Positions 47,877 through 58,445 of a DNA stretch of 64,000 nucleotides are shown in pieces. Below the pieces are notes generated by a model. That model was not told the DNA's origin. It searched no databases and saw only the letters and a program-made list of their open reading frames with translations. The first letter of the stretch is position 1. Each line of letters begins with the position of its first letter. The stretch is from a virus, in IMG/VR virus record IMGVR_UViG_3300044627_003356. One strand, written 5' to 3'. The position numbers and the translations under genes were made by a program.

Positions 47877-49990
47877 GCTATCATTCCTATAAATCGGTTG
47901 AGAACAACACGGTTAGCGACACGACCACCAGCATACTTACTAAACGCAGATACTAGACCACGGGTGGTGGCATTTTCTTTTACTTCAAAAGTATTATCTT
48001 CTTCTGTATCTAATGCTTCAGAACGGAGAACATAATACTCATCAAAGCCAGCCGTAGTAACAACAGCAAATTTAGTTTTACGGAATGAAGCCTTGATTGT
48101 ATCGTAATTTGCGGTGCGTGGATAGAATTCATAAATCTTACGACCAAATTCACGACCAGAGATTACATAAAAACCTAACACATTACAATTGGTGCGAGCT
48201 TTCAATAACTTGACATATGCACCAGTATGACTAGCACAATTATATATGTTATCAACAATTTCTTGGTGCTTAGTCAATGGGTCACGAATAATCAAACCAA
48301 AATCTCTAATACCATAGTCTTTACCAATCCTGTGTAATTTGCCTTCTGTATTCTGGTCATAAGTCTGACGGAGTGAATGGCCTTCACCATCAGTTAAAAA
48401 CACAGAATTTACAACTTGCAATTTGTATTGTTTCTGAAATGCGGGAATAATTTCCATAGCGGCAATAACTGCTTCATTCAATGGTGTACCACCCATCGAC
48501 ATAAAGGTAGGAGTGTATCTCTGATGATTGGCCATGAATGTTAAAATCTTGGCCGCTTTGGTAAATTCACCAGCCGACATTTTGCTTGATAGCAGATTCA
48601 TCAGGTAGAAAGGGTTACTTGCAATATCGCCTTTCTTTGGTGTAATTTCATACTGGTGTGCATTAAACGATTCTGGTGAAGCGAAAGCATACACATCATA
48701 TGGAATGTTTACTTTCTTACAGAACATTACCAAACTGATTAATTGCTTCATGGTGTTTGCAAGATGGTCGTGCATTGAACCAGACCAGTCTAAGAACATA
48801 ACAAGACCATGTGATTTACCATTCGGCACTACCGATATCTTTTTAAAGATATCATCATTGAATTGATAAGAGAAAATCTTCTTCATATCAAGGTCGCCAG
48901 TTTTGGCCGTAGATGCACGTTTTAACTGGTCGGCATTTTTACGCAATTCAAATTCTTTAACAAGATAAGAAACCACCTTGCTCGTATCACGGCGCAGTTT
49001 ATTATACTGACCATTTTCTGCTTTGTCAAAATTTAATGACCAGCGAGAATATTCATCTTCAATTTTTGCATACAAAACCTTGTATGATAGAATACCTTTC
49101 TTCATATCAAATTTTGGAATGTTACCATACATATAATTGCTTGCATTTTCAGCAAACAACTTTTTCTCATTTTGTTTAAATGCTTCATCGGTGAAAGCAC
49201 GAACATTATCTTGTTCTATTTCTTTATGGTTGAATCGGTCATCATTACCAATAATTTCAGTATCTTCATCTTCACCATCGTCATAATCATCAGAAGCCTG
49301 TTTTGATCCAGATTCGGTTTCTTCGCCTTCTTCAGTTTCGTCACCAAAGTCATCGTCCCATTCGTTTGCAAAATCTTCACCATCATCACCATCCTCATAA
49401 TCTTCGGAATCTGGCATATTGGCTTTACGCTCTTCTTCTTTTTGTTTCATAAAAGCGAGAACTTTTTGAGCCACAACTAAAACATCATCATAACTTTCGG
49501 TAGATTCAATCTCATTGAGTAAATTTCTTTCTTCGGCATCAAAACGAATACCGAGCATCGCACCACCTTTGCTGTGCATATTCACTCGGTCAACAAAATT
49601 CAATTCGTTTAAATCGACACCATTAGTGCCAAAGAAATTCTTTTGAGTTAATTCAACATATGCTTTTGTGAAAGATGAACGGAGGCCAGGATATTTGTAT
49701 TTGACTTTCTTTTCAATACGAACATCTTCAATAACATTGGAAATGGATTGTGGGATCTTTAAATCTCTGGCACGGAGAAGGCCAGATTCAGGAGTATAAA
49801 GTGCATGGCCAACTTCATGACCAACAAAAAGGTCATAAAGGTAACCAGAAATATTCTTATCTAATACAGGAATTGTCAAAACACGATTTTTGACATCAAA
49901 GCAAGCAGTAGGAACATTACGCTGTTCTACTACTAAGTTCTCGGTAGCCATCAATTTGGCTAAAAGTGATTTGGATTCAAGTAATTGCAT
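47873..49990 (-). CDS. CobT-like metallopeptidase + vWA protein (MoxR partner)
   Basis: HEVGHALYT, NVIEDVRIE, acidic linker, MIDAS DWSGS, GGTPL, FLTDGE. Confidence 0.88.
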   Translation of the reverse strand: MQLLESKSLLAKLMATENLVVEQRNVPTACFDVKNRVLTIPVLDKNISGYLYDLFVGHEVGHALYTPESGLLRARDLKIPQSISNVIEDVRIEKKVKYKYPGLRSSFTKAYVELTQKNFFGTNGVDLNELNFVDRVNMHSKGGAMLGIRFDAEERNLLNEIESTESYDDVLVVAQKVLAFMKQKEEERKANMPDSEDYEDGDDGEDFANEWDDDFGDETEEGEETESGSKQASDDYDDGEDEDTEIIGNDDRFNHKEIEQDNVRAFTDEAFKQNEKKLFAENASNYMYGNIPKFDMKKGILSYKVLYAKIEDEYSRWSLNFDKAENGQYNKLRRDTSKVVSYLVKEFELRKNADQLKRASTAKTGDLDMKKIFSYQFNDDIFKKISVVPNGKSHGLVMFLDWSGSMHDHLANTMKQLISLVMFCKKVNIPYDVYAFASPESFNAHQYEITPKKGDIASNPFYLMNLLSSKMSAGEFTKAAKILTFMANHQRYTPTFMSMGGTPLNEAVIAAMEIIPAFQKQYKLQVVNSVFLTDGEGHSLRQTYDQNTEGKLHRIGKDYGIRDFGLIIRDPLTKHQEIVDNIYNCASHTGAYVKLLKARTNCNVLGFYVISGREFGRKIYEFYPRTANYDTIKASFRKTKFAVVTTAGFDEYYVLRSEALDTEEDNTFEVKENATTRGLVSAFSKYAGGRVANRVVLNRFIGMIA

Positions 49991-50016
49991 ATAAGCTCCT
50001 AACGATTAATATAACA

Positions 50017-50078
50017 ATTATACAGGAATCCTATATTCCGTCAAGCATTTTCTTAGAAAGTGTTGTTTTTTAGCAACA
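50017..50078 (-). promoter_or_regulatory. Early promoter with TGTTG-N8-CAACA operator
   Basis: TTGACG-N16-TATAAT; palindrome at 50061-50078. Confidence 0.75.
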
Positions 50079-50233
50079 CCAGTGATTATTGATACATTTC
50101 CTTCATCTTTTGGTAGTCGGAAAGGTCTTTTTCGTGTTGAGATAGTATTGCCCACTTGCGAGTTACGATATCCAAGCGTTTCCAAGCAGGAATTTCTTCA
50201 TCATCTGCTCGTGCCGCTTCAAAAAATAGCATA

Positions 50234-51317
50234 TTATTTGACATTTTTCAAATCTTTCTCAAAAAAGTTGTGTTCAATCGCTGATGCAAGCTCATCGGCA
50301 AGCTTCGGATTGAATTTTACGAGAAAATAAGCAACATCTTCAGCAGGAATATGCCTTAGATTGAATATAATCTCATCCATACCTCTATGTATTTGTGTTT
50401 CTTCCCATTGTGTTAACATAATTTCTCACATTTCATAATATTGTTCAATTACAACGACATTTTTGCCTCGTTGTTTGGCTTTTCCTAGTGCCACCATGGA
50501 TTGTAACTCAATTTGTTGTTCTTGGCAAGATAAGGATTCAAAATATTCCTGAAAATCGTACCACTCATCATCTGTCCAACCTTTTGGTGCTGACATATCA
50601 TCTCCTCATACTTGAAATTTCTTTGGCTTCAGTATCCGTGAATACCGGAACAGCATTAGACTTGTGCATTGTGCCAATGCCTTTCATTTTATCGCCAGTA
50701 TAAGAATATTCCGTTTTTTTAACGCAAGGTATAAAACCTGTGTCAACGGATGCGTAATGGGGAGTTTCCCTGCCAGCAGGAATTCTAGGAGATGGTACAG
50801 ATTTGGAAATAGTCGTGGACTTGGCATATTTGCAAATCCGTGGTATTTCTGAAATTGATTTTAACCAATCTTCGTGACGTTGTTTCACTAATTTTGGAAC
50901 TTTGCGTTTTTTAGACTTCGGAATGTAACCGTATATAATCATAATGTAATCTCCCACTCGGAAATTACAAGTATACTACAGTTTAAGGAGAATGTCAAGA
51001 GATAGTGTTGTTTTTAAGACACACATACCAGTACCTATGGTACCAAAGCTTTATTTCGAAAGCGGACACCGATACTTATGCTAAAAAAATTAAAAAATAG
51101 TGGAAATAATAAAATTTCTTATAATATGAAATTAAAACCTGGTTGGCCAATCTTCCTTCTCAACCAATTTATGAGAATCTTCATATTCGTAATTTTTTAA
51201 CTTCTTTACTTCTCCGTGTTCATCACGGCGTTTCTTACTGTGTAGAACATTTCTTGCGTAATCGTAATCATCAGAGTAATCTTTGTTTTTACGAAATTTA
51301 CCTACAAATTTTGTCAC
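50234..51317 (-). other. Small hypothetical CDSs (50234-50419, 50598-50957, 51132-51317)
   Basis: 50598-50957 carries YTGDKMKGIGTMHKSNAVPVF motif; promoter TTGACA-N17-TATACT at 50970-50998. Confidence 0.6.
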
Positions 51318-51326
51318 TTACCTCTC

Positions 51327-51698
51327 CTATTTCATCGTTTCAAAAGTTATGCCTCTAATTTTAGTTTCGGGCATATTATGCATATCCATATTTGACACAT
51401 AGGTAATGTCGGAATGTGGATAACAAATTTTTACTATTTTAAGTAGTTGGCAGACTGTACCATCAGAATCATTGAATGAGAATACTTCACCAACACATCT
51501 TATATTTTCAACAATCTCTCGGCGAGTATTGTAATTGTGAGTAAACCCACCAAGAGCATAGACCATCCACCAATCTGAATGAACTCCTACGACCAACCAA
51601 TCACCTTTTCTCCTGCACCGTTGGAGAAAGCGTAAATCGTTAGAATCTAACGGATCGAATTCACCAACTGTTACGATAATTCGTTCTTTGTCGTGCAT
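51327..51698 (-). CDS. Cytidylyltransferase-like protein with degenerate HxGH motif
   Basis: GEFDPLDSNDL..GDWLVVGVHSD..R.EIVENIRCV.EV. Confidence 0.7.
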   Translation of the reverse strand: MHDKERIIVTVGEFDPLDSNDLRFLQRCRRKGDWLVVGVHSDWWMVYALGGFTHNYNTRREIVENIRCVGEVFSFNDSDGTVCQLLKIVKICYPHSDITYVSNMDMHNMPETKIRGITFETMK

Positions 51699-52121
51699 TT
51701 AGGGTAAAAGATTAGGGAACGCCTCTTTAACAAAATTATATGTCAAACCTTTCACGCCTTGGTCTTTTTTGAAGATACCAATAATAACTTCAGCTTCACG
51801 AGGTTCTATTGATTCTAAAAGTTGAATTAATAGTTCGTTTTGTTTTCTTGGAGATAATTTTTCAGCTTCAGGATGTCCTTCTTGGAAAAGATACAACTTT
51901 CTAATTTCGGTGGAAAGTTGGCATCGAGATATTCCTGGTTTTGTATCAGGAGTTTTATAATTCTCTGGCATTTCTTTAATTTTCCATTTACACTCTGGAT
52001 GAAATGTGAATTGTAACACATCTACCAAGGTCTTTGATAGATTTTTTTCAATTACTAACATTCGTTCTTTTTTAGTGGTTACAGCTTCAAATTCATCAAA
52101 TACTTCATAGATATTTTTCAT
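51699..52121 (-). CDS. Conserved T4-like hypothetical protein
   Basis: LFQEGH...LLESIEPREAE...VKEAFPNLL. Confidence 0.7.
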   Translation of the reverse strand: MKNIYEVFDEFEAVTTKKERMLVIEKNLSKTLVDVLQFTFHPECKWKIKEMPENYKTPDTKPGISRCQLSTEIRKLYLFQEGHPEAEKLSPRKQNELLIQLLESIEPREAEVIIGIFKKDQGVKGLTYNFVKEAFPNLLP

Positions 52122-52969
52122 TAAAATTCCTCAATAACGTCCATTAAATTCTTTAGTTTGTTTTCAATAAAATAATTTAACAGTTTTTGGCGAGATGCCG
52201 GTTTTGCTTCATTATATGTATTTATAATTTTTTCTTTGATATCGGTCGGTATTAAAGACAGGTCAATAAGTGTGGCATTTCTGGAATAGTTGGCTTTATC
52301 AGTTTCACTATAGTCAACCACATCTTCTTTAAGATACTTATCCAATACACTCTTGGTAATAGGTTTCTGTCGTAAGTCACGGACAAAGCAATCAGATGGT
52401 GAGAACATATTTGGAATACCGTCACCTTTATCACCACGAATAATCTTCTCTTTCAATTCTAAAGATGGATTATCAGATTTAACAAATTTCTTTTGTGCCG
52501 GATTATATTGTTTTACATTGCTGCCATAATATTGTAATTGTAAAAAATCTCCATCGCTTGATAGAATTAAAATCTTCTCATGAGCCGAATAAATTGGTAC
52601 AAGTGTACCAATGATATCATCCGCTTCAGCACCTTCAACATCAATCACTTTGTATGGAAAGTTTTCACGCAGTTCAGATTTAAATTTGGCTAACATATCA
52701 AAAATCATATGCCAATCTAAATCAGACTTTTCTCTGGTCTTTTTACGACCAGCTTTATAGAATGGGAAAAATTCTTTGCGCCAATATTTACGATTATCAC
52801 AACATAATACAACATCACCATAATCTTTACGGAAATTACGAATGTGCATACGGAGAATATTCAGAATCATGTGGCGAACCAGACCTTCGTCTAGTTTAAC
52901 ACCTTTTTGACTGGATATCTGTGCCATGAGGCCAGACAATAATACTTGATTTAAATCAACGAGAATCAT
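52121..52969 (-). CDS. rnh: T4-type RNase H (5'-3' exonuclease)
   Basis: MILVDLNQ, YWRKEFFPFYKAGRKK, EADDIIG, SSDGDFLQL, GDKGDGIPN. Confidence 0.95.
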   Translation of the reverse strand: MILVDLNQVLLSGLMAQISSQKGVKLDEGLVRHMILNILRMHIRNFRKDYGDVVLCCDNRKYWRKEFFPFYKAGRKKTREKSDLDWHMIFDMLAKFKSELRENFPYKVIDVEGAEADDIIGTLVPIYSAHEKILILSSDGDFLQLQYYGSNVKQYNPAQKKFVKSDNPSLELKEKIIRGDKGDGIPNMFSPSDCFVRDLRQKPITKSVLDKYLKEDVVDYSETDKANYSRNATLIDLSLIPTDIKEKIINTYNEAKPASRQKLLNYFIENKLKNLMDVIEEF

Positions 52970-53006
52970 AACAAACTTTCAACAGTTTCAAAACTACATT
53001 ATACTA

Positions 53007-53351
53007 TTATTTCTTCATCATGGCAAGCAGTTTATCCATGAGTTTATGTGACGTGGTAGTCTTTCTAGCAACTATGCCATAAAATCCACTTGGTATTAAT
53101 CCTGAAATATATTCTAGAGGACAGGTGAGAATGGCTTCAAAGTTATCAACATCATCATATTCTTCCGAATTTTCTTGACTATCACGAAATAGAACAATGT
53201 GATATAGTTTGCCTAAAGTATTACCACCAACATCTTCACCGGGGTTCGCATATTCGGATCCCATAATATTGATTTTGCCTTCCTCATCTCCTGATAGAAA
53301 TGTGATAAAATCAAATTTGTCTTTTTTTAGTGGTTGTAGAAAGTCCAGCAT
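53007..53351 (-). CDS. Hypothetical protein
   Basis: ORF track; promoter TTGCCA-N17-TATAAT at 52998-53026 lies in its 3' end. Confidence 0.6.
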   Translation of the reverse strand: MLDFLQPLKKDKFDFITFLSGDEEGKINIMGSEYANPGEDVGGNTLGKLYHIVLFRDSQENSEEYDDVDNFEAILTCPLEYISGLIPSGFYGIVARKTTTSHKLMDKLLAMMKK

Positions 53352-53757
53352 CTTTTTCCTTTATGTGAGTTTTTCTTACTCTAACCATAATCCATGTGTT
53401 GTAATATTCATCGCTTTCCAAAACTCCTCTGGTAAACTGTTCTTTTGCTTCCAAATAAGAACATTGACCTTTAGAGTGGCATAAATGAAGAATCTCACGG
53501 ACAAAGTTATCGTGTCCGTATTGTAACACATCTTGTGTTAAGATGTCACTACTTCCATAGTAAGTTTGCCAATTTGAACTGGCTTTGTACCGTTTCTTTT
53601 TACCTTTGACTTGTTTGGTTTTGGCAGAATAAAATAATTTCTTGCCTATGTATTTTTTACCATTTGTCAGATTAGTTATCTGATACACGAACCCGTAATT
53701 ATTACCAATCAAGTCTTCCGTAAAATCTTTACCATCATATTGCCAGTTTAGTCCCAT
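53311..53757 (-). CDS. GIY-YIG nuclease-like protein
   Basis: GFVYQITNLTNGKKYIGKK, YYGSS, YYN. Confidence 0.8.
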   Translation of the reverse strand: MGLNWQYDGKDFTEDLIGNNYGFVYQITNLTNGKKYIGKKLFYSAKTKQVKGKKKRYKASSNWQTYYGSSDILTQDVLQYGHDNFVREILHLCHSKGQCSYLEAKEQFTRGVLESDEYYNTWIMVRVRKTHIKEKDAGLSTTTKKRQI

Positions 53758-53936
53758 TCCTTAGTATCCAAATCATCGTCATCATCCTCTATATAGTCCT
53801 CGGACAATTCTTCGATTTGTTCACCACAGAATGGGCAATGTTCTGGTAATTCTTGTGACACCATTTCTTCCATGAAAGAAACATTGTAGGTTGATTCACA
53901 ACTCAGGCATTCGCCTGATAATGATTTGTTTGTCAT
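53748..53936 (-). CDS. Small zinc-ribbon protein
   Basis: CLSC...CPFCG, acidic tail. Confidence 0.7.
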   Translation of the reverse strand: MTNKSLSGECLSCESTYNVSFMEEMVSQELPEHCPFCGEQIEELSEDYIEDDDDDLDTKEWD

Positions 53937-53945
53937 TTAAACTCC

Positions 53946-54932
53946 TTAATGAGCCCAAACTTCACCCCAATTTCCTGACAAAGCTCCTTTTGCATAATCA
54001 GTTGCTCTATTCTCAAAGAAATTAGTATGTGTTGGTGCGTTAATCATTTCTTCTACCCATGGTAGAGGATTCTTTTTCACTTTAAACACACCTTTAAGAC
54101 CCAAAGAGATTAGGCGGCGGTCTGCAATATAACGAATATACTTCTTAACATCTTCTGAAGATAAACCTTCCATTTGATTTACGCCAAATGCTAGGTCAAT
54201 AAACTTATCTTCTAGTTGTACCATTCTTTCAGCAATGGTATAAATTTTTCCTTTTAGTTCATCATTCCAAATTTCACGATTTTCTTCTATGTATGTTCTA
54301 AACAATTTAATCATAGATTCTGCGTGTTGTGTTTCATCAACAATCGACCATGTGATAATCTGTCCCATACCTTTCATTTTACCATGACGAGCAAAATTCA
54401 ACAACATAATGAATGAACTGAATAGTTGCATACCTTCGGTAAAGGCTGAGAACACGGCAATATGTGTTGCGGTATTCTCTCTGGTGGTATTCTTACTGGA
54501 GATATCCATCACATAGTCATGTTTCTCTCTCATGGCTTCATACTCTAGGAACTCATTGTAAGTGGTTTCAGGTAGACCTAGTGTTTCAATCAGGTGTGAG
54601 TAGGCGGCAATATGTAACGCTTCTCTGGCAGCGAATCCTGTAAGCATCATACGAACTTCAGGTTGTGGAAAGTATGGTAGATAGTTCTTAACATAACCAC
54701 CAGCCACATCAATATCACCTTGTGTAAAGAAACGGAAGATTTGTGTTAGAAATGTTTTTTCTTCTTTGGATAATTTCTTCTTCCAATCCTTTACATCTTC
54801 AGCCATAGGAACTTCGGTATGTAACCAATGAGATTGTTCATGTTTTAACCAAGCATCATAAGCCCAAGGATAATTAAAGGGTTTGAAATAGTTGCGTTCT
54901 TCCGATAGATTTGATTCTACTTTTTTTATCAT
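53946..54932 (-). CDS. nrdB: Ribonucleotide reductase class Ia beta subunit
   Basis: FFTQGD, EALHIAAY, EGMQLFSSF, DETQH, NFFE. Confidence 0.97.
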   Translation of the reverse strand: MIKKVESNLSEERNYFKPFNYPWAYDAWLKHEQSHWLHTEVPMAEDVKDWKKKLSKEEKTFLTQIFRFFTQGDIDVAGGYVKNYLPYFPQPEVRMMLTGFAAREALHIAAYSHLIETLGLPETTYNEFLEYEAMREKHDYVMDISSKNTTRENTATHIAVFSAFTEGMQLFSSFIMLLNFARHGKMKGMGQIITWSIVDETQHAESMIKLFRTYIEENREIWNDELKGKIYTIAERMVQLEDKFIDLAFGVNQMEGLSSEDVKKYIRYIADRRLISLGLKGVFKVKKNPLPWVEEMINAPTHTNFFENRATDYAKGALSGNWGEVWAH

Positions 54933-54950
54933 TATTGTTTTCCTTTAAAA

Positions 54951-56741
54951 TTAACCTTCGCAAGCCAAACATTCGTTGCCTTGTGCAATAGCACTCATAT
55001 CTAATTCTTTAATCACTTCTCTTTCAATTTTTCTGGCAACTTTGTCTGCTTTACCAATCTTTTCAGAACGACAATAGTATAGAGTTTTCAATCCTTTTTT
55101 CCATGCAAGAAAATGACAGGCATGGAGATACTTCAAATTAACATCTGGTCTAAAGAATAAATTAAGTGATTGTGCTTGGTCAATATACTGTTGTCTATCA
55201 GCAGCCAATTCAATCACCCATCGTTGGTCAATTTCCATTGATGTTTTAAATACATCTTTATCATGTTCAGACATCCATTCTAAATGTTGAACAGAACCAT
55301 CATTTGCAATAATAGAGGACCAAACATCATTATACCAATCTTCTGGTTTATCATGTGATAGTTTGATAATCAATTCGTCCAACCAACGATTTTTATTTAA
55401 GAAAGAACCCGATAAAGTATCTTGACGGTAAGCATTTGCACGGTAAGGTTCAATAGAAGGACTAGTATTGCCCATAATAATGGAAGAAGAAGCATTGGGA
55501 GCAATAGCCATGAGATGACTAAAACGGTTACCAGTACCACTTGCATCTGGAGCTTCGCCTCTTTCCATACCCAATTGTTTGTTAGCTTCATTTAATCCCT
55601 TTCTGATACTACTAAAGATTCTGTTGTTGGCTACTTTTGCCATAACTCCCTCAAAAGCAATTCCGTTACGCTGAAGATAAGCATGGAACCCCAAAGCACC
55701 GATGCCAATGGAACGCTCTCTTTCAGCGGAGTATCTAGCACGAGCGATAGCATCAGGAGCATTAGCAATAAAGAAACTAAGCACATTATCGAGCATTTCA
55801 GCAACATCTTTAAGAAAGAGAGGTTCGTTTTTCCACTCATCGTATGTTTCCAAGTTTAAAGAAGATAAACAACATACAGCAGTTCTTTCTTCGTTTGTTG
55901 GTAGAATAATTTCAGAACATAGATTTGATTGGTGTACCTTCAAACCTTTATCTTTTAACCATTGTGGCAAATGATTGTTACTTGTATCAATGTAATGAAT
56001 GTATGGTTCGCCTGTCATCATACGAAGCTCTAGAATTTTCTGCCAGAGTTCTTTTGCTGATACAACTTCACGCACTTCACCGGAATGTGGATCTTTTAAT
56101 TCCCAATCATCTTTTGCTTCAGGATCCAACATACACGTTTCAATGATTTGCATGAAGTCATCGGTGATGTTGATACCATGATGTAGATTTAAACAACGAA
56201 CATTAGGATCGCCTGTCGGCTTCCGCATCTCTAAGAAAGAGATAATGTCTGGATGAGAAATACTGAGGTAAGCAGCATAACTGCCCCTGCGAGTACGACC
56301 TTGCCGGTATGCCAAAGAACTGGCGTCATAGATTTTGAGGTGAGGCATGACACCAGTAGATTTATCGTCTGCTGAACGAATACCAAAGCCAATGCCAACA
56401 CCACCCCCGAGCATAGAAAGCCAATTAGTTTCTGATAGGTTATCAACTAGTCCCTCCGCAGTATCTTCAATATAATTAAGGAAGCATGATATAGGCATAC
56501 CACGCTTACTACGACCAAAAGAAAGAATGGGAGTAGAATAACTGAGCCAATGTTTACTGCTGTAGTCGTATAATCTCTGTGCGTGTTCCGGATTGGAACT
56601 AAACGATTTTGATACAAATGCGAATCTGTGTTGTGGGGATTCTTCATCTTCCTTCATGTAACTTTCTTTAAGTCTTTTAATTCCAAGTTCATCGAATAAT
56701 TTATCTTTTTCTAAATCTATCTTGATACCTAGGTATTCCAT
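54951..56741 (-). CDS. nrdA: Ribonucleotide reductase class Ia alpha subunit
   Basis: SNLCSEI, CCLSSLN, APNASSS, DQAQSLN, KTLYY, C-terminal CLACEG. Confidence 0.97.
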   Translation of the reverse strand: MEYLGIKIDLEKDKLFDELGIKRLKESYMKEDEESPQHRFAFVSKSFSSNPEHAQRLYDYSSKHWLSYSTPILSFGRSKRGMPISCFLNYIEDTAEGLVDNLSETNWLSMLGGGVGIGFGIRSADDKSTGVMPHLKIYDASSLAYRQGRTRRGSYAAYLSISHPDIISFLEMRKPTGDPNVRCLNLHHGINITDDFMQIIETCMLDPEAKDDWELKDPHSGEVREVVSAKELWQKILELRMMTGEPYIHYIDTSNNHLPQWLKDKGLKVHQSNLCSEIILPTNEERTAVCCLSSLNLETYDEWKNEPLFLKDVAEMLDNVLSFFIANAPDAIARARYSAERERSIGIGALGFHAYLQRNGIAFEGVMAKVANNRIFSSIRKGLNEANKQLGMERGEAPDASGTGNRFSHLMAIAPNASSSIIMGNTSPSIEPYRANAYRQDTLSGSFLNKNRWLDELIIKLSHDKPEDWYNDVWSSIIANDGSVQHLEWMSEHDKDVFKTSMEIDQRWVIELAADRQQYIDQAQSLNLFFRPDVNLKYLHACHFLAWKKGLKTLYYCRSEKIGKADKVARKIEREVIKELDMSAIAQGNECLACEG

Positions 56742-56758
56742 GTATTCGCCTTGCTTTG

Positions 56759-57403
56759 TTATTGTGTTATAAATTCTTGAATCATCGGGAAAACCGGTTC
56801 AATTGCTTTAGCACAAGCCAATGCAATTTCACGATGTTCCTTTTGGGTACCTTTTTCACTTCGTAGTTGTATATAGTGAACCCAAGACCTCAGAGTTCCA
56901 TTCATATACAACCTTGAAACTGTAATGCCTTCAGGCAATACTGCTCGTGCCTGTTCTTTTGCAATACCGTGTTCAATAGCCCAACGATATGCTCTCTCTG
57001 CTGCTACGATAACATAATCTTGTTGTGTTTCCCAATTTAATTTCAAACCAACATTATCCGTTTCAATACTATTTTGTCGATTCTTTTCATCTTGCAGTCT
57101 TGCTTCTTTAAATTCAAAGCCCAAATCTGCTACTGCATATCTTTGAGAAAACTCTTGGAATGAAAAGGAACGATGTCGTAATATTTGCCTTGCTATATCT
57201 CTTGTAGTTTCAATTTCTAAACATATATTCACCATTTCAAGTGGCGACCAATGTTGATGCTTAATTAAATAACGGACCAACTTTTCAGCTGTGTCGTTAC
57301 TATTTTGATTTGATGGATTTGAAACTCTAGCAGCATATGCAACTTGCTCTAATAAATTTTTACCATCTGTTCCTTGTGTGTATGATATTAATTTTACATT
57401 CAT
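56759..57403 (-). CDS. thyX: Flavin-dependent thymidylate synthase
   Basis: RHRSFSFQEFSQRY motif, AKEQARAVLP. Confidence 0.96.
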   Translation of the reverse strand: MNVKLISYTQGTDGKNLLEQVAYAARVSNPSNQNSNDTAEKLVRYLIKHQHWSPLEMVNICLEIETTRDIARQILRHRSFSFQEFSQRYAVADLGFEFKEARLQDEKNRQNSIETDNVGLKLNWETQQDYVIVAAERAYRWAIEHGIAKEQARAVLPEGITVSRLYMNGTLRSWVHYIQLRSEKGTQKEHREIALACAKAIEPVFPMIQEFITQ

Positions 57404-57406
57404 AAC

Positions 57407-58420
57407 TTAAACCTTCTTCCAATTCACCAATTCTGCTTTTGCTCTTAAATTAACAAATGTATATTTACTTATGATATCTTGAATTTCATCTGGTGAGAAC
57501 CCATCTAGTATCATATCATTAATGTCTTTAGATTCAATCATTTCTGGCCAAATCACTACTTGATAATGTTTTTCTATCGCTTCATCAATTTTTTTAACTA
57601 TCTCTTTATTACGGGGTTCATTATCAAACACCAATGTAACTTTGGACTTATCGTATATCGACATGATTGATTCCAAGTTACTGTCTGCGGTAGCCACAGC
57701 ATTGTCTAGGAACATACTGTCAATAGGACCTTCCACCACATATATCATCTTCTCCTCGTCTATCCTATCAAGTCCAAAGAACTTGTGGTTATCTTCGTGA
57801 AGTTTGATAGTGATGTATCTTAGTTTAGATTCACCTAGTGCTCTCCCTTGAACAGCGACCAAGTTCTTTTCTTTATCATAAAACGGTATGACGAGCCGAT
57901 TGTCTTTCTCTTTAAGGTTTGTGTTCTCAATCCCAAGACTTTGTATGAAGGCTGCGAAATCTTCCGCATAGTATAGTTGCGAGAAAAAGTCCTTCGGAAT
58001 CCGTCTTTGCTGAACATAGACTTTAGCAAAATGCGCTTCTGGTAAAGAGTCGATAGATGGAAGATCCAATGACTTTTTGAATGTCGGTTTCTCCGTTTTG
58101 AATTCTTCAAATTCTGGAGTTTTATGGTCGCTTTTGTTGTTATCACCATTTTTATATCTTTCTAAAGCATATTCTTTTATAAGTGTTGGGTCAACTTTGT
58201 CCAAAAAGTTATAAAATGAAGTTGAAGCACCACAGTTATGACACATATAAAAGTAGTCATTCTTTTTGCGATAAACATAACCACGAGATTTGGTTTTATT
58301 TTTCTGTGAGTCGCCACAGAGCGGACACCTAAAATTATAAAGGTCTTCCTTCTTTTGGGTAAACCTTTGTAATTTTGGCGAAATGCGGAGCAGAAAAGCT
58401 CTGTCAATAAAAACACTCAT
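57407..58420 (-). CDS. gp61: DNA primase gp61
   Basis: CPLCGDS...CHNCG zinc finger, EGPIDS, DNEPRN, KDIND. Confidence 0.95.
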   Translation of the reverse strand: MSVFIDRAFLLRISPKLQRFTQKKEDLYNFRCPLCGDSQKNKTKSRGYVYRKKNDYFYMCHNCGASTSFYNFLDKVDPTLIKEYALERYKNGDNNKSDHKTPEFEEFKTEKPTFKKSLDLPSIDSLPEAHFAKVYVQQRRIPKDFFSQLYYAEDFAAFIQSLGIENTNLKEKDNRLVIPFYDKEKNLVAVQGRALGESKLRYITIKLHEDNHKFFGLDRIDEEKMIYVVEGPIDSMFLDNAVATADSNLESIMSIYDKSKVTLVFDNEPRNKEIVKKIDEAIEKHYQVVIWPEMIESKDINDMILDGFSPDEIQDIISKYTFVNLRAKAELVNWKKV

Positions 58421-58445
58421 AATATATTTAATCTAAATTGTAATA

